Positions 9,502 through 19,112 are shown, numbered from the stretch's first letter. The stretch is DNA of 64,000 bases from Pseudomonadota bacterium (GCA_031416315.1 JANOTL010000136.1:1-64000); one strand, 5' to 3'. Program-made: numbers and translations. The notes: generated from the letters alone by a model not told the origin.

Positions 9502-10137
9502 ATGACGCACGCAAGCAAGATCCTGAGCGCCGCGGCCGTTGCCGCCCTCGCGTTTCTCACCGCGGGCGTCGCCGCCGCCCGTCCTGCCGGACCCGACTAC
9601 GCTCGCGTCCGCGCCATCGCCTACGCCGGAACAGGCTGCCCCGCCGGCACGATCCAGGGCCGCTTCGGCTCGGATCTCACCAGCTTCTCGCTGGAGTCCG
9701 ACGACTTCGTCGCCGAAGCCGGCCCGGGCGTGCCGCTGTCATCGTCGCGCAAGAACTGTCAGATCATGCTCAACTTCGACTTCCCCGCCGGCTGGTCCTT
9801 CGCCGTCGCCGAAGTCGACTACCGCGGCTACGTCGCCCTCGACCGGGGCGTTTCGGCGACGCAGACCTCGACCTACTACTTCCAAGGTCAATCGGCGCAG
9901 GCGCGCCTCTCGACGACGCTGACGGGCCCGACCTTCGCGAGCTACCGCATCAAAGACACGCTCGGGATCTCCGCCTACGTCTGGTCGCCTTGCGGCCTGT
10001 CGCGCGCGCTCAACATCAACGCGCAGGTGCGCGTGGACAACAGCCGAAACCGGAGCGGCGACGGCGTGATCACGCTCGACCGGGTGTCGGGACGGTTGGC
10101 GCAGGTCTACGGGTTGAGCTGGAAACGTTGTAACTGA
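9502..10137 (+). CDS. DUF4360 family secreted protein
   Basis: Signal peptide; YAGTGCPAGT, RKNCQ, DYRGY, VWSPCG, terminal WKRC. Confidence 0.85.
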   Translation: MTHASKILSAAAVAALAFLTAGVAAARPAGPDYARVRAIAYAGTGCPAGTIQGRFGSDLTSFSLESDDFVAEAGPGVPLSSSRKNCQIMLNFDFPAGWSFAVAEVDYRGYVALDRGVSATQTSTYYFQGQSAQARLSTTLTGPTFASYRIKDTLGISAYVWSPCGLSRALNINAQVRVDNSRNRSGDGVITLDRVSGRLAQVYGLSWKRCN

Positions 10138-10169
10138 GCGCTGCGGGATTCGAAGCGCTGGTGCCCCGC

Positions 10170-10204
10170 GGGCGCCGGACTGGGAGACCAGCCGGCGCCC
10201 TTTT
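10170..10204 (+). terminator. Rho-independent terminator
   Basis: GGGCGCCGG(A)CTGG-GAGA-CCAGCCGGCGCCC-TTTT. Confidence 0.7.
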
Positions 10205-10224
10205 CTGGGCGATATGAGCGAAGC

Positions 10225-11796
10225 TCAGAAGACGCAAGCTTCGGGCACCGGGCAAGGCGTCGTCGGCGGCAGGCCGTTGCCGACGAGGTCGAATCGCGTG
10301 AGCTTCGTGAGCGGCGCGAGACCTTTCAGCCCGTCCCCGCTGCGGATGCGGTTGAACGATAGATCGAGCGTCTGCAGCTCGATTAGGCTCGCCAGGACGT
10401 CTGGCGCCGTCACGGCATTGCGCGACAGCAACAGGGTTTCCAAAGAAACCGCCGTCGCCAGGGCCGCGAGCGCCGCGTCTGAGAGCTCGTTCTTCGACAG
10501 GTCCAGGGATTTCAGGACCGGCGGCCAGGAGTCGGCGCTCAAACTCTCGATACCGCCGTCGCGCAGGCTGAGCTCGGTGAAGGCCGTCAGGTGTCCCATG
10601 CCGCTCAGCGTCCGGATGCGATTCTTCGCGGCGTCCAGCCGGATGAGGCTCACGGGCAGCGCCGTTCCGTCGAGCTCCTCCAGCTCGTTCGCCTCAATCT
10701 CGAGGACGGTCAGCACGGTGAGGCCGGAAAGCTGCGGCAAGGTCGTCAGTCCGACGTCGACCAGGCGCATACGCTTCACCGCCCGCAGCTCGCCGAGAGC
10801 TCTCGCCTTCGCGAAAGTCGCGCGCTCGATCGTCAGCTCTTCCAACGCGGGCAGCGCCGTCAAGGCAGGCAAGCCTTGCAACGGGCGACCGCCGAGACTC
10901 AAGCGCTGCAAACGCGATAGCCCCGCCAAGGGCGACAGATCGAGGCTCGTCTCGTAGGCGGAGGAATGCACCAGCGAAAAACGCGTCAGCTGCGTCAAAG
11001 CAGCGATCGGCGTGAGATCGCTCACGCTCGTGTCGCCGACGTCCAGAGTCACCAGCCGCGACAACGAGGCGAGAGGCGCGAGCTCGCGCACCGGATTGTT
11101 CGCGATCTTCAACTCGAGGAGGGCCGAAAGGCCCGCGAGCGGCGTCAGGTCCTCGATCCGATTGCCGGCCACGTCGAGCTCGGTCAGCAGCGGGAACCGC
11201 TCGAGCCCGAAGAGGCTCGTCAGCGCGGTGCGCGCGAGCCGGAGCTTGGTCAAGCGAGGCAAGGACGGCAGCCCTGCCAAAGTCTGCAGGGGGACGCGGT
11301 CGAGCGTGAGCTCCGCAAGCTCAGGAAGACCGGCGAGGGGCGCCAGGGCCGCGGCCGACAGCTCGAGGTTCCCGGACAGGTCGAGGCTCTGCAAGGTCGC
11401 GACGGCCGAGAGCGAGGCGAGGCTCGTCACCTTCCCGCCTTGCACCGACAGCCTGACCATGCCCGGCAAGGTCGCCACGGGCGCGAGATCCTCGACGCCT
11501 TCGTAGTTCAAGGTCATGATCTTGTCGGGCCGCGTGTCCCACCGGGCGGCCGCGAGCTCGCAGGCGCCCTTCCCCGGCTCGACGCCCAGGTCGTGCAGCA
11601 CGGCGGCGACGGTGCGCGCCGTCGCCGCGGGCAAATCCTTCGTCAGGCAGATCTCGGTGAACGTCGGCCCGACCTCAGGCACGGCGTCGTCCGAGCGCGG
11701 CTCGTCGCCGTCCTCGGTCGCGCGCAAGCAAGCCCCCGAGAGCGCGAGCGCGCCTGCGAGCGCCCAGGCGCCGCGCTTAGTGGTCACGGATCTCAT
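10225..11796 (-). CDS. Leucine-rich repeat lipoprotein (internalin-like 22-aa LRRs)
   Basis: Lipoprotein-like signal LSGAC; many LxxLxLxxNxIxDLxPL repeats; Cys-containing caps. Confidence 0.85.
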   Translation of the reverse strand: MRSVTTKRGAWALAGALALSGACLRATEDGDEPRSDDAVPEVGPTFTEICLTKDLPAATARTVAAVLHDLGVEPGKGACELAAARWDTRPDKIMTLNYEGVEDLAPVATLPGMVRLSVQGGKVTSLASLSAVATLQSLDLSGNLELSAAALAPLAGLPELAELTLDRVPLQTLAGLPSLPRLTKLRLARTALTSLFGLERFPLLTELDVAGNRIEDLTPLAGLSALLELKIANNPVRELAPLASLSRLVTLDVGDTSVSDLTPIAALTQLTRFSLVHSSAYETSLDLSPLAGLSRLQRLSLGGRPLQGLPALTALPALEELTIERATFAKARALGELRAVKRMRLVDVGLTTLPQLSGLTVLTVLEIEANELEELDGTALPVSLIRLDAAKNRIRTLSGMGHLTAFTELSLRDGGIESLSADSWPPVLKSLDLSKNELSDAALAALATAVSLETLLLSRNAVTAPDVLASLIELQTLDLSFNRIRSGDGLKGLAPLTKLTRFDLVGNGLPPTTPCPVPEACVF

Positions 11797-11845
11797 GGAG
11801 GAAAGTCTACGGGCCCGCGACGCTTCCGGCAAATGCCCGGCGTTC

Positions 11846-13099
11846 TTACCCTTCCAAGAACGCCAGCACCTGCCCCATGCCATGAACGGAGCCGCAGGCC
11901 ACAAGGGGTCCGGGCGGCAGCGCCTGCAGGTCGCCGCGGGCCGCGGTAAAGGCGGCGAGGAGCGTGTCGTGCCATGGCAGATCGCGGTGCCGCGCGGCCA
12001 GGCGCTCACTGGTCCAGCTGCGCTCGCTGTCCAGCGGGAAAAGGTGGATCGGCCCCAAGACGGCGCGCAGCCGATCCAGGACGGCGTCGCAGTCCTTGTC
12101 TGCGAACATGGTCATCATGCCGACCAGCTTCGCCCCGCCGCGGGCCGCGATCGTCGGCGCCAAGGCCTTCGCAAAGGCCTCCGCCCCGGCCGGATTGTGG
12201 CAGACGTCGAGGAGGCACTCGATGCCCTTGGCCTCGATGTGCTCGAAGCGCGCCCGCATCGCCGGGAGAGGCCGCAGGCGCGCGACCTTCTCCGGATCGA
12301 TGCCGGGGTCGTCGGCGAGCAGCTGGAAGGCGATCGCCGCCTTCTTCAGATTGTCCTCGAGGAAGAGCGGCAGCTTTTTCCACGCGGGCGGCAGAGGCAC
12401 GCGCACGCGGTTGTGCCCGACGCGCAGGATCGGCGTCCCGAGGCGCTCGGCCTCGTCGACTAGGACCTTCTCCGACGCGGCGTCGTAGGCCTCGGGTCCG
12501 CCCAGGATCAGCGGCTTTCCAGGACGCATGATCCCGGCCTTCTCAAAGGCAATCAGGGCGGTCGTGTCGCCCAGAAACTCCTGATGATCGAGGCCGATCG
12601 AGGTGATGATCGACAGGACCGGCTCGACGACGTTGGTCGAATCGAAGCGGCCGCCGAGGCCGACCTCCAGGAGATTGATCGTCGTCTTGCGCTCGTGGAA
12701 GGCCAGAAGGCCGAGGAGCGTCGTCACCTCGAAGAAGGACATCGCCTCGTAAATCGGCTCGGGGATCCGCGCGCGGAGGCGGTCGTGCGTCGCGACGAGG
12801 TCATCGTCGGTCAGGGCCGGCTCGTTCTCCAAAGACAGGACCTGGATCCGCTCGCAGAAGAGCTCGAGATGCGGCGAGGTGAACACGCCGACGCGCTCGC
12901 CCGTCGCCGCCAGCATTTGGGCGAGGTAGGCAGCCGTCGTGCCCTTGCCGTTGGTGCCGCCGATCAAGACGCAGGGCGTCGCGAGCTCGCCCTCGTTCAA
13001 AAAGGGCATGGCGGCGCGGATCCGGTCGAGCCCGGGCTTGATGACCTGGGGGCGCTTGGCGTACAGGGCGCGCAGCACTTCTTCCGAGCGGCGGCTCAC
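11846..13099 (-). CDS. folC: Bifunctional folylpolyglutamate synthase/dihydrofolate synthase
   Basis: GGTNGKGTT, FTSPHL, EVGLGGRFDSTN, LDVCHNP; follows accD. Confidence 0.93.
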   Translation of the reverse strand: MSRRSEEVLRALYAKRPQVIKPGLDRIRAAMPFLNEGELATPCVLIGGTNGKGTTAAYLAQMLAATGERVGVFTSPHLELFCERIQVLSLENEPALTDDDLVATHDRLRARIPEPIYEAMSFFEVTTLLGLLAFHERKTTINLLEVGLGGRFDSTNVVEPVLSIITSIGLDHQEFLGDTTALIAFEKAGIMRPGKPLILGGPEAYDAASEKVLVDEAERLGTPILRVGHNRVRVPLPPAWKKLPLFLEDNLKKAAIAFQLLADDPGIDPEKVARLRPLPAMRARFEHIEAKGIECLLDVCHNPAGAEAFAKALAPTIAARGGAKLVGMMTMFADKDCDAVLDRLRAVLGPIHLFPLDSERSWTSERLAARHRDLPWHDTLLAAFTAARGDLQALPPGPLVACGSVHGMGQVLAFLEG

Positions 13100-13941
13100 G
13101 AGCGCGGGAGCAAGATGTCCAAGATCTTGGCGATCTGCGGACGCAGGTTCTCGCGGTGGCAGATCATGTCGAGCATGCCGTGCTCCAGAAGGAACTCCGA
13201 GCGCTGGAAGCCTTCCGGGAGCTTCTCGCGGATGGTCTGTTGGATGACGCGCGGGCCGGCGAAGCCGATCAGGGCGTCGGGCTCGCCGATGTTGAGGTCG
13301 CCGAGCATGGCGAAGCTGGCCGCGACGCCGCCGGTCGTCGGGTGCGTCAGGACGGAGACGAAAGGCACCGAGTTCTCGCGGAGCTTCGCCAGGGCGGCGC
13401 AGGTCTTCGCCATCTGCATGAGGGACAGGATCCCCTCTTGCATGCGGGCGCCGCCCGAGGCGGAGAAGATGATCGCGGGCTCACGCTGCTCGGTGGCGCG
13501 CAGGAAGAGCCGCGCGATCTTCTCGCCGACGACCGACCCCATGCTGCCGCCGAGGAACTGGAAGTCGAAGACGCCGAGCTGAACGGGACGCTGGAAGAGC
13601 ATGCCGCGACCGGCGGTGAAGGCGTCGAAGCGGCCGGTGCGCTTGTACATGTCGGCCAGACGCTGCGCATAGGGCTTGGTGTCGACGAACGTCAAAGGAT
13701 CGGTGCTGCAAAGGTCGTGATCGAACTCTTGGAACGAGTTGGGATCGAGGAAGTGGCGGATGCGCGCGTCGGCGGCGACGGGGAAGTGGTGGTTGCACTT
13801 CGGGCACACGTTCTGGTTCGCCGCGAACTCGGTCTTCAGGATGATCTCGCTGCACTTCGTGCAACGTTCCCACAGACCGTCGGGAGTGTCCGTGCGTTCG
13901 CCCCGGGCGATCGGCGCTTTTTCGCGGTTGAGCCATGCCAT
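13096..13941 (-). CDS. accD: Acetyl-CoA carboxylase carboxyltransferase beta subunit
   Basis: Zn finger CTKC...CPKC, GGSMGSVVGEK, SGGARMQEG, PTTGGVAASFA. Confidence 0.96.
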   Translation of the reverse strand: MAWLNREKAPIARGERTDTPDGLWERCTKCSEIILKTEFAANQNVCPKCNHHFPVAADARIRHFLDPNSFQEFDHDLCSTDPLTFVDTKPYAQRLADMYKRTGRFDAFTAGRGMLFQRPVQLGVFDFQFLGGSMGSVVGEKIARLFLRATEQREPAIIFSASGGARMQEGILSLMQMAKTCAALAKLRENSVPFVSVLTHPTTGGVAASFAMLGDLNIGEPDALIGFAGPRVIQQTIREKLPEGFQRSEFLLEHGMLDMICHRENLRPQIAKILDILLPRS

Positions 13942-14068
13942 CGTAGATTCTCCTTAGAGCGCTAGACGCTAACAAAAAGGGAGTCAAGGGGTCAACGCGA
14001 CGGGCCCAATCCCTTCGAAATTTGGCTTTTCGCAAACCGGATTCCCCAAAAATAACAAAAGGTTTCGC

Positions 14069-14096
14069 TTGCAAGCGCGGCAATTTTCGCTAAGAT
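14069..14096 (+). promoter_or_regulatory. Putative sigma70 promoter
   Basis: TTGCAA-N16-TAAGAT in an AT-rich divergent intergenic region. Confidence 0.5.
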
Positions 14097-14314
14097 CGTC
14101 CTAATCCCAGGACCATTGGACTGAAGACCGAGGGCACCGGCCGGCGCAAGCTGCGCCGCTCGCACGATGAGAGTCGCGCGGCGGGGCGGGCAAAGGCGGC
14201 GGACGAGGCGGGCACGGCGCGACCACGGAAGGTCGCGGCCGGGCGGCTCCGAGGCGTGGGGACGGTGAGCGAAGCGACAGGAACGAACGGACGACCTAGG
14301 GAAGGGAGAGTTCG

Positions 14315-14596
14315 ATGAGCTGCAGAAAGTGCCCACATCACGTACGTCACGGCCAGGCTGCGGCCGACGGCAAGGGCATCGATTTCAAAAGCCGCTGTGG
14401 CCTGAAGATGCGGACTGCCGAGCAGGTCGACTGCAATCACCACCCGTTCAAGGCGCACTTCGAGTACACGACCTGCGACAACTATCTCGCGACCTTCAAG
14501 ACCGCGGGCCAGCGCAACGACGTCATGCCGACCTCGGATTTCCAGTTCCAGGAAAATCTGTCAGGCACCTCGATCACCGAAATGGAACTGCTCTAA
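14315..14596 (+). CDS. Small Cys/His-rich hypothetical protein
   Basis: GGAG RBS; CRKCPHH...C...CNHH...C; GC3-rich codons. Confidence 0.7.
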   Translation: MSCRKCPHHVRHGQAAADGKGIDFKSRCGLKMRTAEQVDCNHHPFKAHFEYTTCDNYLATFKTAGQRNDVMPTSDFQFQENLSGTSITEMELL

Positions 14597-14630
14597 AGGC
14601 ACCGGCTCCGCAACCGCCCGGCGAGATTGC

Positions 14631-14966
14631 ATGACCACCGAGGACGACGAGCTCCGCCGGCACCTCCGTCATCCCTTGACCGGGGACTTGACCGGCAGCC
14701 TGATTTCCGCGGCGACGGGATCGAAGATTCCGTGCATCGCGGTCGACGTGTCCCAGAGCGGCATGAAGATCGTGTTGACCCTGGACCTGGACGTCGGCAC
14801 GAAGCTCTTCCTGCGCCTCGCCAACCAGCGCGAGGTGCGGCTCGAGGTCGTCTGGTGCCGCAAGGAGCCGACGCGCAAAGGCTACTTCGCCTGCGGCCTC
14901 CGGCGCACGGAAGACACGACGGACCTCGAGAAGATCTTCACCGAAGCCGGATGGTTCGAACCATGA
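14631..14966 (+). CDS. PilZ domain protein (c-di-GMP receptor)
   Basis: RRHLR (RxxxR) and DVSQSG (DxSxxG) motifs, EVVWCR. Confidence 0.85.
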   Translation: MTTEDDELRRHLRHPLTGDLTGSLISAATGSKIPCIAVDVSQSGMKIVLTLDLDVGTKLFLRLANQREVRLEVVWCRKEPTRKGYFACGLRRTEDTTDLEKIFTEAGWFEP

Positions 14967-15541
14967 GCTTCCGCCCCGCGCTTTCCCTCGCGCCCGTCCT
15001 CGTCCTGGCCCTCGCATCGACCTCGGCCCTCGCCGCCGGCCCCCGCTCCTACGTCTCACTCGCCCTAACGCGCACCGAGGACTTCGCCCGCGCCGGCGAG
15101 GACAAGGCCAAAAGAGAGGTGACGATCCTCGACGTCGCCGCGGCGTACACGATGGCTACGGGTGTGGGCCTCGGCGCCAAGTACTACAATTACAGTCTCA
15201 GCGGCGACACCGGTGAAGAGTCCGGCACCGTGATCTCCGGCCTGGGCCCGATGGTGAGCTACCTCCACGGCTCCGGCTTTTTCGGCACGGGCACCTACCT
15301 CTTCGAGCCGACGAAGGCGGTCGACGCGGGCAACGACGTCGCGACCTACAAGGACGGTTACGGCTACGTCATCGACGCGGGCAAGATCTTCGAGTTCGGC
15401 GCCTGGGGCGTGGCCCTGCAGATCACGCACGCGAAGGTCACATACACTAAAGTGAAGACCGAGGACGACGAGGAGAAGCTCGAGGGCGACTGGAACGACG
15501 CGGCCACTTACCCGTTGATCGGCGTCTTCGTGTTCCTCTGA
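14963..15541 (+). CDS. Outer-membrane beta-barrel protein (small, probably 8-stranded)
   Basis: Signal peptide, alternating aromatic strands, C-terminus IGVFVFL; ATGA overlap with the PilZ gene. Confidence 0.7.
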   Translation: MSFRPALSLAPVLVLALASTSALAAGPRSYVSLALTRTEDFARAGEDKAKREVTILDVAAAYTMATGVGLGAKYYNYSLSGDTGEESGTVISGLGPMVSYLHGSGFFGTGTYLFEPTKAVDAGNDVATYKDGYGYVIDAGKIFEFGAWGVALQITHAKVTYTKVKTEDDEEKLEGDWNDAATYPLIGVFVFL

Positions 15542-16566
15542 CCTTCGGCTTCGGCGTCCCTTTCGGCCTCGGTCTCCGCGATCCCGTCGTCGACGAGGTG
15601 CTTGAAGCTCACCTTCTCGAGATCGACCGGGTAACGCAGGTGCATGGCGCTGACGCGGTTCCGTCCGAGATTCTTGCTGCGGTAGAGCATCAGGTCGGCG
15701 GCCTTGATGAGATCCTCGGCGCGGCCGTCGAAGCCGCGCGAGGCGCAAGCGACGCCGAAGGACGCGGTGATGCGGATCGTGCAGCCGTCGCGCGTGAAGC
15801 TGGCGGCCTCGATGATCTTGCGCAGCTGCTCGGCTTTCGCCTTGAGCCCGCGGGCGTCCTCGCACTCGACGCCGATGATGAACTCGTCGCCCCCGTAGCG
15901 CGCCGCGACGTCGTGGTCGCCGAGGACGTTCGCCTGGCGGATGAGACGGCCGACCTCAGAGATCGTGAAGCTGCCGATCAGATGGTTCGTGGTGTCGTTG
16001 ACCGATTTGAAGTGGTCGAGGTCGAGCATGACGACGCCGAGGCCCAGGCGGCCCTTGCGGCAGTGACGCACGAGCTCGCTGAAGCGCTGGTTGAAGCTGC
16101 GCATGTTCGCGAGGCCGGTGAGCTCGTCGGTGAAGCTTAGGATGCTCAGGCGATGATTGGCGCTGCGCAGCTCGTCGGTCATCGCTTTGAGGCGCAGCAC
16201 CGCCCGCACCCTGGCCATCATCTCGGCCGGCGAGACGCCGACGCGCAGGACGTCGTCGGCCCCCATCTCGAGGCACTCGACGGCGAGACGGGCGTCGCCC
16301 AGGGCGCGGCTGTCGAGGAAGACGATGCCGGTGTGGCGGGTGTTCTCCAGCTCGCGTACGGTGCGGCAGATGTCCCTTCCGCCCGACTCCAGGTCGTCGG
16401 TCGACACCAAAATGAGATCGGGGTGCGTCTCATGAAAGCGACGGAGCGTCTCATCGGCGGAACGGGTCCCGTCGATCTCGAGCTCGCCGGCGTGGGCGTG
16501 ATAATGGAGGGTACGGACCAATTCGGCGCGTCGCGCCTCGTCGGGCTCGACCACCAGAACCCGCAT
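15508..16566 (-). CDS. Diguanylate cyclase with N-terminal (pseudo)receiver domain
   Basis: REC-like MRVLVVEPD..PDLILVS..GADDVL; TDELTGLAN, DLDHFKSVND, RYGGDEF. Confidence 0.9.
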   Translation of the reverse strand: MRVLVVEPDEARRAELVRTLHYHAHAGELEIDGTRSADETLRRFHETHPDLILVSTDDLESGGRDICRTVRELENTRHTGIVFLDSRALGDARLAVECLEMGADDVLRVGVSPAEMMARVRAVLRLKAMTDELRSANHRLSILSFTDELTGLANMRSFNQRFSELVRHCRKGRLGLGVVMLDLDHFKSVNDTTNHLIGSFTISEVGRLIRQANVLGDHDVAARYGGDEFIIGVECEDARGLKAKAEQLRKIIEAASFTRDGCTIRITASFGVACASRGFDGRAEDLIKAADLMLYRSKNLGRNRVSAMHLRYPVDLEKVSFKHLVDDGIAETEAERDAEAEGQRNTKTPING

Positions 16567-16625
16567 TCGCCTCAACGTGTCGCGACCGTTGCGCTCCACA
16601 ACGCCCCCCCTTCAGTCCCCCTTGT

Positions 16626-16652
16626 CTATCGGCCTAGAGCCCGCACCCTTGA
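16626..16652 (-). promoter_or_regulatory. Putative sigma28 (FliA) promoter for the diguanylate cyclase
   Basis: Minus strand TCAA-N15-GCCGATAG. Confidence 0.6.
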
Positions 16653-16820
16653 CCGATTTCGACCGCTCTTGGCCAAAGGCCCAAGACCTCCAGGGTTTTT
16701 CTTGGCGACCCGGCATGGATTTGGCATTCCCCGAGCCGAGACCGGAAACTCCCGGGCCCCGGGCCCAAGTCGTGAGCGCAAGTAAGCCAAGGGGCTGCGG
16801 TTTCTGCCGAGTCGGCCGGC

Positions 16821-16847
16821 TCAAATGGGGCGCTAAAGCGCCGAAAA
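16821..16847 (+). promoter_or_regulatory. Putative sigma28-like promoter for the PBP1A operon
   Basis: TCAA-N15-GCCGAAAA. Confidence 0.5.
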
Positions 16848-16877
16848 ACGGAAGAGCCCAAACCGCAGAGGCAGCGC

Positions 16878-19112
16878 GTGCAAAAGCGAGACGACGACTC
16901 CGGCAACGAGAGGCCCTCCGGCGGCCACGGTGGCTTCGTGCCTTTCGGGCAAAAGAAGCCGGCCGCGCAAGAGCCTCTCACTCCGCCAGCGAAGACGCTC
17001 GAGCGCGAGCTGCAACGCGCCTCGAACGCGGCGCGCCCGCGCCGCAAAGCCAGCGTTTTCCTGCGCGCTGCGCGCATGCTCTTCGTCTGCTTAGCCCTAG
17101 CCGGAGCCGGCGGCGGCTGGCTCGGCTACAAATGGCTGAGCGAGCTCGGCGTCTTCGAGATCACCGACGCGCAGCTCGACATCATCGTGCAGCAGAAGCC
17201 GCTCGACAACAGCGAGGTCTTCGACCGCGCCGGCAAGAAAATCGGCGAGTACTTCGACTCGTATAGCGTCTACGTCCCCTTCAAGGAGCTGCCGAAGGAC
17301 CTCGTCAACGCCGTCGTCGCCATCGAGGACCGGAACTTCTGGGTGCACAAAGGCTTCGACCCGCGCGGCATGTTGCGCGCGACCGTGGCCCACGTCAAAG
17401 GCGGCATAGGCTCGAGACAGGGCGCGTCGACGCTCACGCAGCAGCTCGTGCGCCACTTCCTCCTCACGAACGAGCGCTCGATGGCGCGTAAGGTGAAAGA
17501 GATCGCGCTGGCGATCCAGCTGGAGAAGCGCCTTTCGAAAGAGAAGATCCTCGAGCTCTACGTCAACTCGATGTTCCTCGGCAACGGCGCCTACGGCGTC
17601 GGCGCTGCCGCGCGCCGCTACTTCGGCAAGGAGGCCCAAGCGCTTCTGCCGCACGAGTCGGCGCTGATCGCGGGCCTTTTCCAGTCGCCCTCGCGCATGA
17701 ATCCCACGCGCAACGCCAAAGTCGCCAAGAGCCGCCAGCAGCAAGTGCTGAAGGCGATGTACCGCGCCAAGTTCCTCACCTTCCAAAAGGCAAAGGACCA
17801 CTTCAAGGAGCCCTTGGCTTACGAAGAATACGTGCCGATGAACGCCTCCATCGCGCCCTACTGGGTCGACTACATCAAGGAAGAAGCCAAGAAGACCCTG
17901 GCCAAGCTCGAGCAGGAGAAGAAGCTGAAGGTCGGCGGCTCCGGCTTGCGGATCTACACGACCTTGGACCTGCGCCTGCAACGCTTGGCGGAGCAGTCGC
18001 TCGCCGACTCGTCGAAGCTGCTCGACGACGCGCGCGAGCGCACCTCGCCGATCAAGGGCAAGGACGGGAAGGTCACGCAAGCGACGGTCGAGGCGTCCAT
18101 TCTCTCCGTCGACCCGCGCACGGGCGAAATCCTCGCCATGGTTGGCGGCCGCGACTACGAGAAGTCGAAGTTCAACCGCACCTATCAGAGCTTGCGCTCG
18201 CCCGGGTCGAGCTTCAAGCCGGTCGTCTACTCGCTCGCGCTGATGAACAAGTGGAAATGGAGCGACGTGATCTTCGTCTCGCCGATCACCATCAACAACT
18301 ACCGCCCGCACACGCCGAACGACGACATGCTCACCGAGACGACGGTGATGCGCTCCTTCTACCGCTCGATGAACACGCCGACGGTCGAGCTCGGCCAGAA
18401 GCTCGGCCTGAAGAAAGTGATGGAGCACGCGCGGCTCTTGGGCATCCGCGCCCCGATCAAGGAAGAGTTCGGCTCGATGCTCGGCAGCTCCGACGCGACC
18501 ATGATGGACATGGCGCGCCTCTACTCCGTGTTCGCCAACCAAGGTAAGCTCACCGAGCTGGTCTCGATCACGAAGATCACGGATCGCGCCGGCAAAGTCG
18601 TTTGGGCCGCGCCGGAGGTGGTCGAGCGCCAAAAGCAGGTTCTGACGCCGCAGATCGCCTATCTGATGACCCAGGGCATGCGCGCCGTGCTCGCGATGGG
18701 CACCGGCTACACCAGCGCCCACCTCTCGGGGGTCGCCGCCGGCAAGACCGGGACCTCGAACGACTCGACCGACAACTGGTTCTGCGGCTACGCGCCGAAC
18801 TTGGCCACCATCGTTTGGGTCGGGACCGACGAGCACGCCTCGATCCACGGCGACACCACCGGCGGCAAGCTGGCCTTGCCGATCTGGGACAAATTCATGA
18901 CCAAGGCCTTCACGGAAGTGGCGAAGCCACAGCCCTTCACGGCGCCATCGGGCGTCGTCTGGACGTCGATCCATCCGAAGTTCGGCAACCGCGCCGAAGG
19001 CGGCGTTAAAATGTTCTTCCTGAAAGGCAACGAGCCCGCGGCGGACGCCTCGGCGCTCGAAGTCCTCTCCCAAACCACCGAGGGCGGATACCGCGATGTC
19101 TTCGCTCACTAA
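16878..19112 (+). CDS. mrcA: Class A penicillin-binding protein (PBP1A family)
   Basis: TM; transglycosylase EDRNF, GASTLTQQL, RKVKE; transpeptidase SSFK (SxxK), SMN, KTG. Confidence 0.9.
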   Translation: MQKRDDDSGNERPSGGHGGFVPFGQKKPAAQEPLTPPAKTLERELQRASNAARPRRKASVFLRAARMLFVCLALAGAGGGWLGYKWLSELGVFEITDAQLDIIVQQKPLDNSEVFDRAGKKIGEYFDSYSVYVPFKELPKDLVNAVVAIEDRNFWVHKGFDPRGMLRATVAHVKGGIGSRQGASTLTQQLVRHFLLTNERSMARKVKEIALAIQLEKRLSKEKILELYVNSMFLGNGAYGVGAAARRYFGKEAQALLPHESALIAGLFQSPSRMNPTRNAKVAKSRQQQVLKAMYRAKFLTFQKAKDHFKEPLAYEEYVPMNASIAPYWVDYIKEEAKKTLAKLEQEKKLKVGGSGLRIYTTLDLRLQRLAEQSLADSSKLLDDARERTSPIKGKDGKVTQATVEASILSVDPRTGEILAMVGGRDYEKSKFNRTYQSLRSPGSSFKPVVYSLALMNKWKWSDVIFVSPITINNYRPHTPNDDMLTETTVMRSFYRSMNTPTVELGQKLGLKKVMEHARLLGIRAPIKEEFGSMLGSSDATMMDMARLYSVFANQGKLTELVSITKITDRAGKVVWAAPEVVERQKQVLTPQIAYLMTQGMRAVLAMGTGYTSAHLSGVAAGKTGTSNDSTDNWFCGYAPNLATIVWVGTDEHASIHGDTTGGKLALPIWDKFMTKAFTEVAKPQPFTAPSGVVWTSIHPKFGNRAEGGVKMFFLKGNEPAADASALEVLSQTTEGGYRDVFAH

